Origin: Diplonema japonicum
Lineage: Eukaryota; Protista; Euglenozoa: Diplonemea
Length of the DNA stretch: 64,000 bases
Assembly (NCBI GenBank): GCA_964019335.1
Contig: OZ025757.1
Location: 152,547 to 216,546 of the forward strand
Direction: 5' to 3'
The position numbers were made by a program, and so were the translations under genes. Positions 53,307 through 63,465 of this stretch are shown piece by piece. Below the pieces are notes generated by a model. That model searched no databases and had not been told where the DNA came from. It saw only the letters and a program-made list of their open reading frames with translations. Position 1 is the first letter of the stretch; the number at the start of each line of letters is the position of its first letter.

Positions 53307-54671
53307 CCATTAATCCCACAGGCAAAAAAAACCGAAATAAGCCCATTTTTGAGGCGATTCCAAAAAATTCAAAAAAAAAAAATGGCAGCATTTAACCATA
53401 CAAAGTGTTCTTTTTATGGAGAAATGACTTCTGGAGACATTCAGGTATCAGGGTTTCCCTGAACTCGCTTTTGAACTTCTGATTTTTGACCCAACACCCT
53501 TTTTGGTAAGGGGGGGAAGAGGAGTAGAAAAAAGTGCAAAATGTTCTTTACCCATGCATTTACAGAGGCCATGTGCGATGCATTCTTCCAGTTCATTGAA
53601 CTTGATGGGGGAATTGACGCTCTTCGCAAGTACCCAGCAGTTGAAGAGGCTTTTGTCAAGCAGGAACCTTAATATTTTCATCTGCCACCGGCGGCTTTGG
53701 ACCACTTTGTGTTGCGTTGGGTGGCAGCATCGTTCCCATCTACACCCCCCATAAGGGAGGTGTAGGTTTCAACGACCTTTGGAATGGGAAAGGCGACCCT
53801 GGACTTTTTCTTTGCCTTGCCGACCCATCTTTGACGAGTGGCGGTCATCTTTGACGAGCGGCGGTCATCTTTGGCTTGAAAGGGGGTGCGCTCAGGAGAA
53901 GCACAAGCTTTCCGCCCTGCCACAAAAAAGAAGTGCATGCCGGGCCTGTTTCGTTGGAACACACGGAACTCTCCCCTTTTCATCACCTGCCCCTTGCACA
54001 GATATATGTTTCCAAAGAACAGCTCAAACCGGTTTCCGGACATGACGCGCGCAAACCCCTGAGTATGCATAATGGAGTCAGGATCGGTTTTTTAGTAGTC
54101 ACGGAAGTTGGGACGGATGGTGAGGTCCATTAACACCCATAGGCCCAGAAACGCTCGGATTTCGGTTTCCGTGACTCTTTTGTCGATTTTGCGGCGCTCC
54201 AGGTGGTTGTTTGTGAATGCTGTCAGGCATCGGAGGCTGTATGGTGTAAAAAACGAATAAAAAAGCTGGAGAGGGCTCTTCCCTGTTGGGTCGTCTGCTG
54301 GTTCGATTACACTGCCTCTTTCCACCCCATTTCCTCCAATTCTTCCACTTTCCTCCCCCCAAGTACTACTAGACTCAGAACTACCATTTTCTGACATTTC
54401 TTAGCATTCTTCATTCACTCACGACCAGCCCTCTGCTCCAGTCGAGTATTCTTCATTCTCAAATCATTTTTTCCCCCGGATTTTTCGACCTCTCAAATTC
54501 TTAAAAAATAATGCTGAAAAGGGGCAGCATTTAGCCAAACAAAAGTGGAAAAAATCGCGCAATGGCGTCAGAAAAGTGAAAGAAAGGTCATAATTTGACC
54601 AAAAGGCCTATAGATTTTTTTCTTTTTTTTTCTTTTTTATGTCATATATATATGACATGCGGGTTTAATGG
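53307..54671 (-). mobile_element. Internally deleted piggyBac transposon (second family), 1365 bp
   Basis: TTAA at 53303-53306 and 54672-54675. Imperfect TIRs CCATTAATCCCACAGG versus CCATTAAACCCGCATG (13/16). Subterminal 20-bp palindrome ATGTCATATATATATGACAT at 54639-54658. Confidence 0.85.
53448..54397 (-). pseudogene. piggyBac transposase pseudogene
   Basis: SPLQLFYSFFT, EIRAFLGLWVLM..PNFRDY(stop), MSGNRFE, IPKVVETYTSLMGGVDGND and RWQMKILRFLLD..FNCWVL lie across broken frames. Confidence 0.9.
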
Positions 54672-54702
<31 letters not shown>

Positions 54703-55282
54703 GAATCCTACGTATTAAAACACACATACTTTCCACTTCTTTTTTTTTTCCCCCTCCCCCTCTTTTATGTTTTAGTAGTTGGAGCAGGTCAAAAAAAAAA
54801 AAAAGAAACTTGAAATACAGCGAAGAACTGGGTGGAGAGGGCACCCAAAAATAACCGGGGAGGGGAAGGGGAGGGGGGCTGTAAATTAATTTGAGAGCCA
54901 TACAAATCAGTGTATAAATGGAAGGCGAAGAAGAAGAAAAAAAAGAAAAGAAAACTGGACTGGCAAAGCTCCGAGTTTTTTTTTTTTTCTTTTTTTTTTC
55001 TTCTTTTTTTTTTCTTTTTACATCCCCTCAACGGTGTTTGGACATTTTATCAAGTCCTAATATCCCTCCCCCACTTTTTACAGTTAAAAAAAAAAAATCA
55101 ATTCGGCCCATATCTCTAAAACCGCGTTTAAAAAAAAAGATGGTGGGGGAAAGACAATAGTATATCACAAAAAAAATCTTTTTTTTTTTTTAAAATAGGG
55201 TGCTACCGGTGAGGGCCGACAGCGAACACCATTTCATGGTACCTGAAACTTCATGTTATATAACTCAATGTTTAAAAAAAAG

Positions 55283-55313
<31 letters not shown>

Positions 55314-55523
55314 AGAAGAAGAAGAAAAACACTTTTTGTTTTTCCTCTCCTTTCTTTGTTTTTTTCTTTGTTTTTTTTTTTTTTTTTTTTGCGTTGTGTC
55401 CGAAGCCAATCAGAACCTTTAGGTAGGATGTAATAATAATAAATAAATAAATAATAAAAACACACACACACGCAAGAGAACTTTTTTTTTATTCTCCTCT
55501 TTTTATTTTTTTTTTCTCCTCCT

Positions 55524-56645
55524 TCAGTCACCCGGGTATACCATCTGTGGTTTGAACGGAGTAGGCGAAGAGGGAACCTCATCGGCTTCCTCATCCAGCA
55601 CATCGTGCTTCTCACCAACGGCTGGAGCAAACCCGTAAATACACACCAAACACACAGAAACTACAACAAGAATACCTACCAGCCTTAACACATCCCCCAC
55701 CCCGGAAGAAGACCCATCCTCAACCACAACCACCCCGTCAACAGGTACATCAGGAGATGGAACCAATGGAGTCGTATTCTGAAAAACCTCTGGAACAGGT
55801 GTGGGCAATGTGTCACCCACCACAGGAACCATCTGCCTTTGGTGGGTTACCTTCCCTAACGGACTAAAGGTCATGTGTACTGGAGCGGTGGTGTCAGGGG
55901 GCTGTGTTTCAGGAGCAGGAGTGTCTGGGCTCAAAGTATCGGGTGCAACTGTGTCTTTGCTTACATTGTTGCTACCACCTCCACCTCCACCTCCACCTCC
56001 ACCACAACTACTAAAAGCATCGCAGTCGAAACCTTGACCACATCCTTGCACATTGTCGTCACAGCAAATAGCTTTCATATGCTTGCAGTCCAGCTTGTCG
56101 TTGTACTCAACATAAGCACGATCAATGGTGGCCACCAGTGCCGGATCGCCTACAGTTATCTTTTTGGTCGACCCTTGGATTTTATCGAATGTCGTCCGTG
56201 TGCCCATGGTGAAGGCGGAGTCGATTTCGACAGATAGATACCCACCGCCGCTTGAGTGGGGTTCGAAGGTGCATCTTACGTAGTCCCAGTCTCCAGTAAT
56301 TAGGAATGTGGTTACGGCTTTGCTATGGGCGTAGCATGTTACAGAGCCGCTGGTGTAGGCGATGCCGAAACCGTCTTCGTCGCCCATTATGAAGCATTTG
56401 AGGGAGTTGCAGCGGTGTATGTTGACCCATGCCATCCACATGACGGTGGCCACGCCGTTGATGGCGGTGCTTTGTGCGTCGTCGCTGGTCCACACGTCGT
56501 TCGTTATCTCGATCGCGGTGTTGGTGTCTTGTACACCTTTCACCTTTACAGCCGCACCGCCTCCATATGTCCCTTTGTCCCAGTCGGCTTTCCAGTTCCA
56601 ACACAACCCCTCCGCGATTATAATGGCTAGCACGGCTAACCGCAT
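55524..56645 (-). CDS. Type I membrane protein: signal peptide, LamG/ConA-like beta domain, poly-Gly and Pro/Thr stalk, single TM, 373 aa
   Basis: Start MRLAVLAIIIAEG at 56645. The ATVMWMAWV..WDYVRCTF..ITVG..IDRAYV pattern resembles LamG-3. TM segment LVGILVVVSVCLVCIYGFA. Confidence 0.7.
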   Translation of the reverse strand: MRLAVLAIIIAEGLCWNWKADWDKGTYGGGAAVKVKGVQDTNTAIEITNDVWTSDDAQSTAINGVATVMWMAWVNIHRCNSLKCFIMGDEDGFGIAYTSGSVTCYAHSKAVTTFLITGDWDYVRCTFEPHSSGGGYLSVEIDSAFTMGTRTTFDKIQGSTKKITVGDPALVATIDRAYVEYNDKLDCKHMKAICCDDNVQGCGQGFDCDAFSSCGGGGGGGGGGSNNVSKDTVAPDTLSPDTPAPETQPPDTTAPVHMTFSPLGKVTHQRQMVPVVGDTLPTPVPEVFQNTTPLVPSPDVPVDGVVVVEDGSSSGVGDVLRLVGILVVVSVCLVCIYGFAPAVGEKHDVLDEEADEVPSSPTPFKPQMVYPGD

Positions 56646-56755
56646 GTCATCAATTACAACAGTGTGGCATCCTTTTTTTTTTGGTGGGGGGGTTTTAGGA
56701 ACAACAAGAGATAATGCAATTAAAATACACAATTTCTTTTTTTTTTTTTTTTTTT

Positions 56756-57868
56756 TCAACACAGTATATTTCCGTTGCCTGTATGTTTCTTCGAGTTTCT
56801 GTATCGGTCTGCGTGTTGCGGGGAATAGTTCGCGCCACCGAAAAAACATTTCGAGCCCTGTTCCGGGTCGCGGGACAGTGGGGGCGACGGGGACGGTGTT
56901 GAAACACCCGCACGGGTTAACGGCGGGGGTATCACCTGCGGGTCTTCATATATCCGGGTAGGTGGGTGGAACGGCTCCTCATAATAGTCGGCTTTACTAA
57001 TCTGCGCCTCGCCCTGCTTTCGGATGACCTCGTGAAGCCTCTGCACCTCGCTTTCCAACGACTCCATCTTTTTTCTAAGATGCTCCTGCTCACCATCGTT
57101 GTTCTTCATGGGACGGGCTGAAACGCTTCTTTCTTTTACCTGTGGAACAGGCGCGAGTTCGGTTGTCCTCCTTCTCCGCGGGCCTCTTGCTGCCTCCAGT
57201 TCTTTCGCTTTCTCCCTGGCCTTGCGGGATTTCTCTTCCCATACTCTTATATTCTCCGTAACGCGTGACATGTAGCTTACTTTGTTTCTCTTTGTGTTTG
57301 TTGCCTGGCTGAGTAGCTGTCCTCGGTGGTGCCGTTCCTCCCTTTCGACAGTGCTTCGCCCGAAGGCCTCTAAGGATGACAGTTTGCATAATTCGATATG
57401 AGCGGAAGATTGCGAAGACGGGGCACTCCCGTCTGATAGTTCCAAGATGTCGTCGGGTTCGCCCAAGTAGGCTTCGTCCGGTGTGCACAATGCCTCGGCG
57501 GTCACGTCCTCTGTGGTGGTGTTGGTGGCCTTGTCAGTGGTGGTTGGTTGTTGCTGTGTTGGGTTTCCTACCCATATCCATTCTTGAGTTTCCTCATTCC
57601 ATGACCAGTCTGGGTTCGTGTCGTCGGGGGTCTTCCACACCCATTCCTCGTTTTCCCACACCCATTCACCCGTGGTGGCTTCTTCCTGTTGTTCTTCCTG
57701 CGGTGGTGGTGTTTCTTCTTCTTCCCTCTCGTTTAAGGTGGGTGGTTGCTCTTCGTCTTTCTCCTCGGGTTCCCCCTCGTTGGTTTCCTCATTCGTTTCT
57801 TCTTCCGGCGGCGCTTCTGCGTCCCACACCCACTCCCCTTGCTCTTCGCTCCACAACCACTGTCCCAT
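56756..57868 (-). CDS. Hypothetical 370 aa protein with Trp-rich W-x-W..EWxW repeats, acidic region and coiled coil
   Basis: Start MGQWLWSEEQGEWVW at 57868; the upstream ORF-track extension is homopolymer. Coding-like composition with no homopolymers. Confidence 0.75.
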   Translation of the reverse strand: MGQWLWSEEQGEWVWDAEAPPEEETNEETNEGEPEEKDEEQPPTLNEREEEETPPPQEEQQEEATTGEWVWENEEWVWKTPDDTNPDWSWNEETQEWIWVGNPTQQQPTTTDKATNTTTEDVTAEALCTPDEAYLGEPDDILELSDGSAPSSQSSAHIELCKLSSLEAFGRSTVEREERHHRGQLLSQATNTKRNKVSYMSRVTENIRVWEEKSRKAREKAKELEAARGPRRRRTTELAPVPQVKERSVSARPMKNNDGEQEHLRKKMESLESEVQRLHEVIRKQGEAQISKADYYEEPFHPPTRIYEDPQVIPPPLTRAGVSTPSPSPPLSRDPEQGSKCFFGGANYSPQHADRYRNSKKHTGNGNILC

Positions 57869-57905
57869 GGTCGGTGGTGTTCTTACATCTGACCTGTGCG
57901 ATGGT

Positions 57906-57960
<55 letters not shown>

Positions 57961-58212
57961 CCTTGTGGGATTGATCGATTGAAGGACGGGGGGGGGGGGG
58001 GGGGGGGGAACCACCCACACAAGCAAGAAGAAATAACCGCAAAAAAAAAAGAAGAAAAAAAAGGCAAAAAACGGTCTAGAAAAAAAAAAATACGGATTTT
58101 TTTTTTCTTTTTGAATTTCTGTATGGCCCAGTGTAAAAAAAAAAAAAAAAAAAAAAAAAGAGACATTTAAGGGTACCTGCGGTATGTGGCAGGACGCCTG
58201 AAGAGTCTCAAT

Positions 58213-61200
58213 CTATCTCTTGATCGAACCTTTCTGCTGTGGTGTGGCCTTCGGCCCCTCGTTCACCCTCCTCGGTACCTTAGGTATAAAACCCTCAACC
58301 GAGTTGGTAAGGACACAATAGTTGTACAGTTGTTTCTCAAGGATGTGGCGGGTCACCGGGGAGGCGAATACCGGTCTAGAGGAGTAGCCCCTTACGGAGC
58401 TGTTGTAGTAACCCAACGTGCGCAGGGAGTGGACAGAAACTACTGACGCAGCTGGGATGAGGGGCGCTATGCCCTTACTGGTGTGGATGCGTTCTAGTGC
58501 CGTTATCACCCGGCCTATTACACGCGCGCTCACTTGGATGTCCTCACCCTCTTCACAAGGTGAGAGTCCCACCGTGGCAATGAAGTCTATGGCCAGCTCA
58601 AGCCTGGAGACCTGTCCACCTGTCGTGCCCCAGTGAAGGGCAGAGAGCCATCGGATGACGTGCGGGATGAGCCGTGGGAGGCACTGTTGCCTCAAACCAT
58701 TGTCGTAGTACCACCTCAGTGACCGTGGCTTGAGCAAACTCCCCTTCTCGAAAGGCCTGTTCCACAGGTGAACGCTGAAGTCCATCGTCTTTTTCCGTGC
58801 AAAGGTGAGTTGTAAGCTACCAGTGATCTCCGCCATCATCAGCTGCAACTCGGCAGTGTCCAGCCCGAGTCCCACTGTCGCGATGCCGTGCAGTTGCGTG
58901 CACCGGGGCCACTGGTTACGTTGTGTGCACAGCGCTGCCCGCGTCTCGGAAGCTGTCCTGATGTGCTCGTGCGCCTGACAGTCCCAGAGGGTGTGCTCCA
59001 GGAGTCTCGCCGTGTGTTCCGAAATGTCGAAAGTAGCGTCGCAGCCCATGCATTTCGTCCGCCCCCCGACCGTGTCGTTGATAATCTTGGGGTGGAACGG
59101 GAAAACAGCCCCAGTTATCACTTGCAGGACCCTTCGTGCTTTGGGAGGGTTGCGGTTCGCCAGGTGCAGGTGTAGCCCGTTGGTTGCCACTTCGTCGATG
59201 TCGCCCGTCCCCTGAAAGGAGGGTCTGCTCTCCACGAGGTTCGCTCGCAGGTGGACCTTCAGGAGCTTCCTGACCTCATGCTTCAGTGCCCCAGGCTCTA
59301 GGGGGACCCATTGCCGCGCGAAATGCGCCCAGCTGGACCCTAGTTCCTCCAGCAGCTCGTGGGTCTGTCCGAGTATCCCGCGCGGGGCGAGGGGGTTTCC
59401 GTTCCGGGCGGCCTCCTTGTAGCCGTCTCTGCACGCCCTGACGAGTGAACTGGACTCACCGTCGCTCCTCATCATCCGCGCAAACGTTGTGATCCTGCGG
59501 TATGCGGCTGCTGAGTACGGGTCCAGCCTGTGTCCTTTGAAAGCCACCCCGAGGAGGGCGCCTGACGAGCGTGTTGGGTTGTGTGGGCCCCATATGCAAG
59601 AGGTAATCTTCTTCCTGAGGGAGTCCAAGAGCGAGTCCGTGGGTGGTGTGTAGAGCACTCCGTAGAGCGCCGCAGGTAGGATGCAGTCTTCTATCAGTTG
59701 GGCCTTACGCGTTCTCGTGATTTGGGTCACTGTGAGCCTGTCGACAGCATCCAGCGCCGTGGCGATCCTTGTGTTCTTCGTCCTGGTGGGCTGCAGGCAC
59801 ACCGTACACCCCAACATAGTTACGCTTTTCACCGTATCGAATAAGGTGCCCCTCATCGCCAGCCTGCTTCTGTACCCCTTCTTGGTGCTAAAGGCCTTAG
59901 TTTTCCCCGGGTGTACCGACATGTTCGTCAAGCGGCAGAGCTCGTCCAGCAAGAGTATGGAACTCTGGACCGCCTTCTCCGAGATCCTAGAGAAGAGGTA
60001 TAGGTCGTCCGCGTAGGAGATGGGTAGGACTTCAGGGAATGTGGTGACGCATCGCCTGGTGTAGGCAGCGAGGATGGCGTTGATGAAGACGGGTGAGATA
60101 GGGCAGCCCTGGAGGATTCCGTTTGTGGTGCGAAACACTTCCCCTACCCCCGCCTGGAAGCGCAAACGCCGGTCGAGGTTGGCGTACATGGATCTCAGCG
60201 GCCTTAGGATATTCTCGGACATGCCCAGTCTCTCCGCAAGGTCGAACGTCAACGTGACAGGGACGGAGTCGAAACACTTCCTGAAGTCTACCGACAGGCC
60301 ATACAGGGGCTCTGCCCCCTGTCGAGCATTTTCCACCTGCGCACACACTTTGAAGAGTAGGTCATCGACGCCGTGTTTTGGTCTAAAGCCGTGCTGCGTC
60401 GGGGTGATCCAACGTTCCTGCCACTCGAGAATAGCGGGGAGCCTGGCACATGCCCATAGGCGGTAGAAGGCACTGGAGACCGTGATCGGGCGATGATCTA
60501 AGGGCTCTTCCGACTCAGACTTCGGGATCATCGTGATCAAGGCAGTCAGGATCGCTTGTGGCCACACGCCGGTCGTCTCAATCCAGTCAAAGAGGAACAG
60601 GAAGCCATCGAGGAGTTCTGAGGGTAGGTGCGCTAGCTCACTCAGCCTCCATCCGTCTACCCCTGCACAATGCTGCCGCTGTTTCTTGTTGAGGACCTTC
60701 CGAAGCTGCGCAGAGGTGAGCTCCGTGGTGGACATCGAGCAGTACGGGATATACCCCCCGAAGGATCTCACGAACTCTTCCGCTGTTGGTTCTGGCCTGT
60801 CTTTGTACATCTGGAACACAGGACTCCATGCCTCCCTGAACGCGCGGTCGATCTCGCCCAGATTGGTGCTGAGCCTCCCGTCAGCCGTCCGGACCGCCAG
60901 CAGCTCTCTCGACTGTTTTCCCTGCACTAGTCCCGCTATGGTTTGGCGATGCTTCGCGAAGTGGTATTCCATCTCTCTCTTGTGCTTAGCACCCCGCGAT
61001 ACTTTGCTAGCGAGGTCCATTGTTCTCTGCACTTGGAGCACCTTCGCCTGCAGCTCCGCAGCGTCCTTGGCCATATCAACCGTCGGCGCCGCGCTCTCAG
61101 GGATGACACGCTGGTTCACTGCACGTCGCACCGCGTTGTCCCATCCCCTACAGATCTCATGCGGGGGGGCTCCACATATAGGCTTCAGCCGTCTGACTAC

Positions 61201-62508
61201 AGCAGCACAACCCACGCGGATTTTCTCGAGCGCTAGATATCTCTTTGAGACCGCACCCACGCTGTGCGCTGTAGCAGGCGCTGTTATGCGTTTGAGAGTC
61301 GGCTCGCCCAGGCTCCCTCGCCCCAGGTAGCTCGGATTAAAACTCTCCCTTGACGTCCCCAGTAGGTGCCGTTCACATATCGAGGAAAGGAACTGGTAAG
61401 CACTGTCCATGTCCCCCAGCTCCTTAAAAGAAGTCAGAGTCTGAAGGAGGTCCGCGGGCGGGGGGGGCGGTCTATGTCCGGCTGGAGCCGGGGTAATCTG
61501 CCTGGGGATGGAGAACCGGTAGGTCGCCTGCTTGAGCGCTGTCACCCCTAGCCTAAGTCTAAGGGCATGGTGTGAGGGAACCCCGATGTCGACCGTCTCG
61601 CAGTCCTTCAGCGTGTGTGCCGCAACCTTGTTGAGCAGGATGTAGTCCGGCCTGGTCCTCGCCACTGCAGTGACAAAGGTCGGGGGGGTCTCCTCGTTCT
61701 TGCGCCTGGCAATTGTGGCGGCCGCGTCAACCCACTGGCTCGCAAGCGCTTCAGCTAGTACGGGGGACTCCCCCACCGACGTGTTGAAGTCGCCTGTGAT
61801 TGCCACTGGGACTTCCCCTAGTTCACACACGCCGCTAACGGTTTCGTGCAGCAGCCTCTCCCTTTCCTGTCTGGCGTTTGCTGTGCCGTCTTTCACTGGA
61901 CAATAGAGGGTGATCACATGCAGCCATGAGTTGGTCCCAATCGCGACCCTTGCGTGCACCCTCCGCGACGTCGACATGTCTCCATTGAACACCGCGTTGT
62001 CCTTCAGCGCCAGGAGCCGTTTCTTCACCAGAATGCCCACCCCTCCTCGTTCTGCAACATCTGGAGCCGCAAGCCCGTGAATCACTTTGCACTCTTGAGG
62101 CGGACCCCACAACGTTCTGTGCGCTTGGAGGAATGAGTCAGTCTTCGTCTCCAGCTCGACCCTTAGTTGACCTGCCTTCGTGAGGGCCGTCTCTTGCAGA
62201 CAGGCGATGTCGAAGCACTGCGTCCTAATCCTGGATTCATGATTCCTGTAGTTAGTCATGTTTGCAGAAAGCAGCACCAGTTCGTCCGGGTCGGCAGGCC
62301 CCGGGTTGGGGTGAATGTCACCATGTGTGAGGAGCCTCCTACGGGTTTCGCCTGCAATCGATTTCCTCGAGCGCTTGGCAATGTATCGGCAGCTTCGTGG
62401 CAACGCCATCGGCCGGCAGCGGGAGTATAACGCGCCGTTGGAGGGAGCACCAAACCAGTCGGAGGGTATGCAGCGTGGGCTGAGGAGTGAGAGAGTGTCG
62501 AGGGTCAT
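58213..62508 (-). CDS. LINE ORF2: 2A-like peptide + AP endonuclease + reverse transcriptase + CCHC finger, 1431 aa
   Basis: APE motifs SAN, CLQET, ITGDFN, RPDYIL, PSHHAL. RT motifs RPITV, QHGFR, VDFRKCFDSV, GILQGCPISP, YADD. Finger CMGC..EHTLWDC. No RNase H was seen. Confidence 0.95.
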   Translation of the reverse strand: MTLDTLSLLSPRCIPSDWFGAPSNGALYSRCRPMALPRSCRYIAKRSRKSIAGETRRRLLTHGDIHPNPGPADPDELVLLSANMTNYRNHESRIRTQCFDIACLQETALTKAGQLRVELETKTDSFLQAHRTLWGPPQECKVIHGLAAPDVAERGGVGILVKKRLLALKDNAVFNGDMSTSRRVHARVAIGTNSWLHVITLYCPVKDGTANARQERERLLHETVSGVCELGEVPVAITGDFNTSVGESPVLAEALASQWVDAAATIARRKNEETPPTFVTAVARTRPDYILLNKVAAHTLKDCETVDIGVPSHHALRLRLGVTALKQATYRFSIPRQITPAPAGHRPPPPPADLLQTLTSFKELGDMDSAYQFLSSICERHLLGTSRESFNPSYLGRGSLGEPTLKRITAPATAHSVGAVSKRYLALEKIRVGCAAVVRRLKPICGAPPHEICRGWDNAVRRAVNQRVIPESAAPTVDMAKDAAELQAKVLQVQRTMDLASKVSRGAKHKREMEYHFAKHRQTIAGLVQGKQSRELLAVRTADGRLSTNLGEIDRAFREAWSPVFQMYKDRPEPTAEEFVRSFGGYIPYCSMSTTELTSAQLRKVLNKKQRQHCAGVDGWRLSELAHLPSELLDGFLFLFDWIETTGVWPQAILTALITMIPKSESEEPLDHRPITVSSAFYRLWACARLPAILEWQERWITPTQHGFRPKHGVDDLLFKVCAQVENARQGAEPLYGLSVDFRKCFDSVPVTLTFDLAERLGMSENILRPLRSMYANLDRRLRFQAGVGEVFRTTNGILQGCPISPVFINAILAAYTRRCVTTFPEVLPISYADDLYLFSRISEKAVQSSILLLDELCRLTNMSVHPGKTKAFSTKKGYRSRLAMRGTLFDTVKSVTMLGCTVCLQPTRTKNTRIATALDAVDRLTVTQITRTRKAQLIEDCILPAALYGVLYTPPTDSLLDSLRKKITSCIWGPHNPTRSSGALLGVAFKGHRLDPYSAAAYRRITTFARMMRSDGESSSLVRACRDGYKEAARNGNPLAPRGILGQTHELLEELGSSWAHFARQWVPLEPGALKHEVRKLLKVHLRANLVESRPSFQGTGDIDEVATNGLHLHLANRNPPKARRVLQVITGAVFPFHPKIINDTVGGRTKCMGCDATFDISEHTARLLEHTLWDCQAHEHIRTASETRAALCTQRNQWPRCTQLHGIATVGLGLDTAELQLMMAEITGSLQLTFARKKTMDFSVHLWNRPFEKGSLLKPRSLRWYYDNGLRQQCLPRLIPHVIRWLSALHWGTTGGQVSRLELAIDFIATVGLSPCEEGEDIQVSARVIGRVITALERIHTSKGIAPLIPAASVVSVHSLRTLGYYNSSVRGYSSRPVFASPVTRHILEKQLYNYCVLTNSVEGFIPKVPRRVNEGPKATPQQKGSIKR
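62296..62355 (-). other. 2A-like StopGo peptide coding sequence (AGETRRRLLTHGDIHPNPG|P)
   Basis: Matches the GD(V/I)ExNPGP consensus except E->H, and lies directly upstream of the APE domain as in other non-LTR 2A-like sequences. Confidence 0.8.
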
Positions 62509-62589
62509 CCCGTCCAGCGTGATCAGTGTGACAAGCGCGAAAAGGAAAAGGAACAGGGGACGGAGCAGGGAGCCTGACCATGCAGATAG

Positions 62590-63465
62590 TCAGTTGAATT
62601 CATCCTGCGTGATCGCCGCTACATCCATAAGTGCTGCCTGGTCAGCGTCCCTCTTACGCGTGGGGGAGGCGGATTCGGCAGCCGCGCGTTCAGCTTCAGC
62701 CTCCGCTTTAGCCTTCGCGAGCGGGGACAGTGGAAATTCGGCCTCCGTAAGCTTCACCCGGGACCTCCCTTTGGGATGGAACGCGCGCCCGATGCGGTTC
62801 GGCTTGTCCTCGACCGTCCATTCTCTGATTGAAATGGAGGTCAGGTTGTCTGCACGGCGGATGACGGGGTTGGAGGGAGCCTCCTCTGCCCTTGCCAGCC
62901 ATCTCCTCCCCGGCAACCGGCTGAGCTTCTTCACGACCCATCCCTGCATCCTGCAGTCGTCGATGATGTCGCACTGGTGCTCGCAGTGCCCGGCCCCCTC
63001 GATAACAAACTTCCTCCCCACCTGGTCCTCCGGCAGGAAAACAGCGCCCAGGGACTGTACCACCACGTGTCGAGCAGTGCCTGGTGGGAGCATGATCGCC
63101 AGGCCGATGGGAGTGACCGTGAGGGCTACACGGAAGCTAGAAGAGGTCCCGGTGAAGGTACGGGGAACATCCCGCGGATGGATCGAATCTTTGAGCTGGA
63201 TGACTTCCAATCGCTCTTCGGGGAGTGCGTGTGTCCAATACACATCGTTGTCTCCGCTGCCGCTGAGGAGGCGGGCGGCGTGTTGCCAGTCCACGCGCAC
63301 CCTTGCCGTCGCACGCTGTGCCGTCCTCTCCACCCGCCAGACGTTGCTCCTCACGACCTCGTGCACCCCCTGCTTGTCCCTTGCTGCTAGCATGGCCATC
63401 CTGGCTATTGCCTCCCCGTCCGACGTCTTCGCCCATTGCGCGGCGCCGCAGACGTCTTCGCCCAT
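62590..63465 (-). CDS. LINE ORF1-like protein (291 aa from ATG 63465; probably the truncated part of a longer ORF)
   Basis: GC-rich ORF contiguous and in frame with ORF2. No domain recognised. Confidence 0.7.
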   Translation of the reverse strand: MGEDVCGAAQWAKTSDGEAIARMAMLAARDKQGVHEVVRSNVWRVERTAQRATARVRVDWQHAARLLSGSGDNDVYWTHALPEERLEVIQLKDSIHPRDVPRTFTGTSSSFRVALTVTPIGLAIMLPPGTARHVVVQSLGAVFLPEDQVGRKFVIEGAGHCEHQCDIIDDCRMQGWVVKKLSRLPGRRWLARAEEAPSNPVIRRADNLTSISIREWTVEDKPNRIGRAFHPKGRSRVKLTEAEFPLSPLAKAKAEAEAERAAAESASPTRKRDADQAALMDVAAITQDEFN

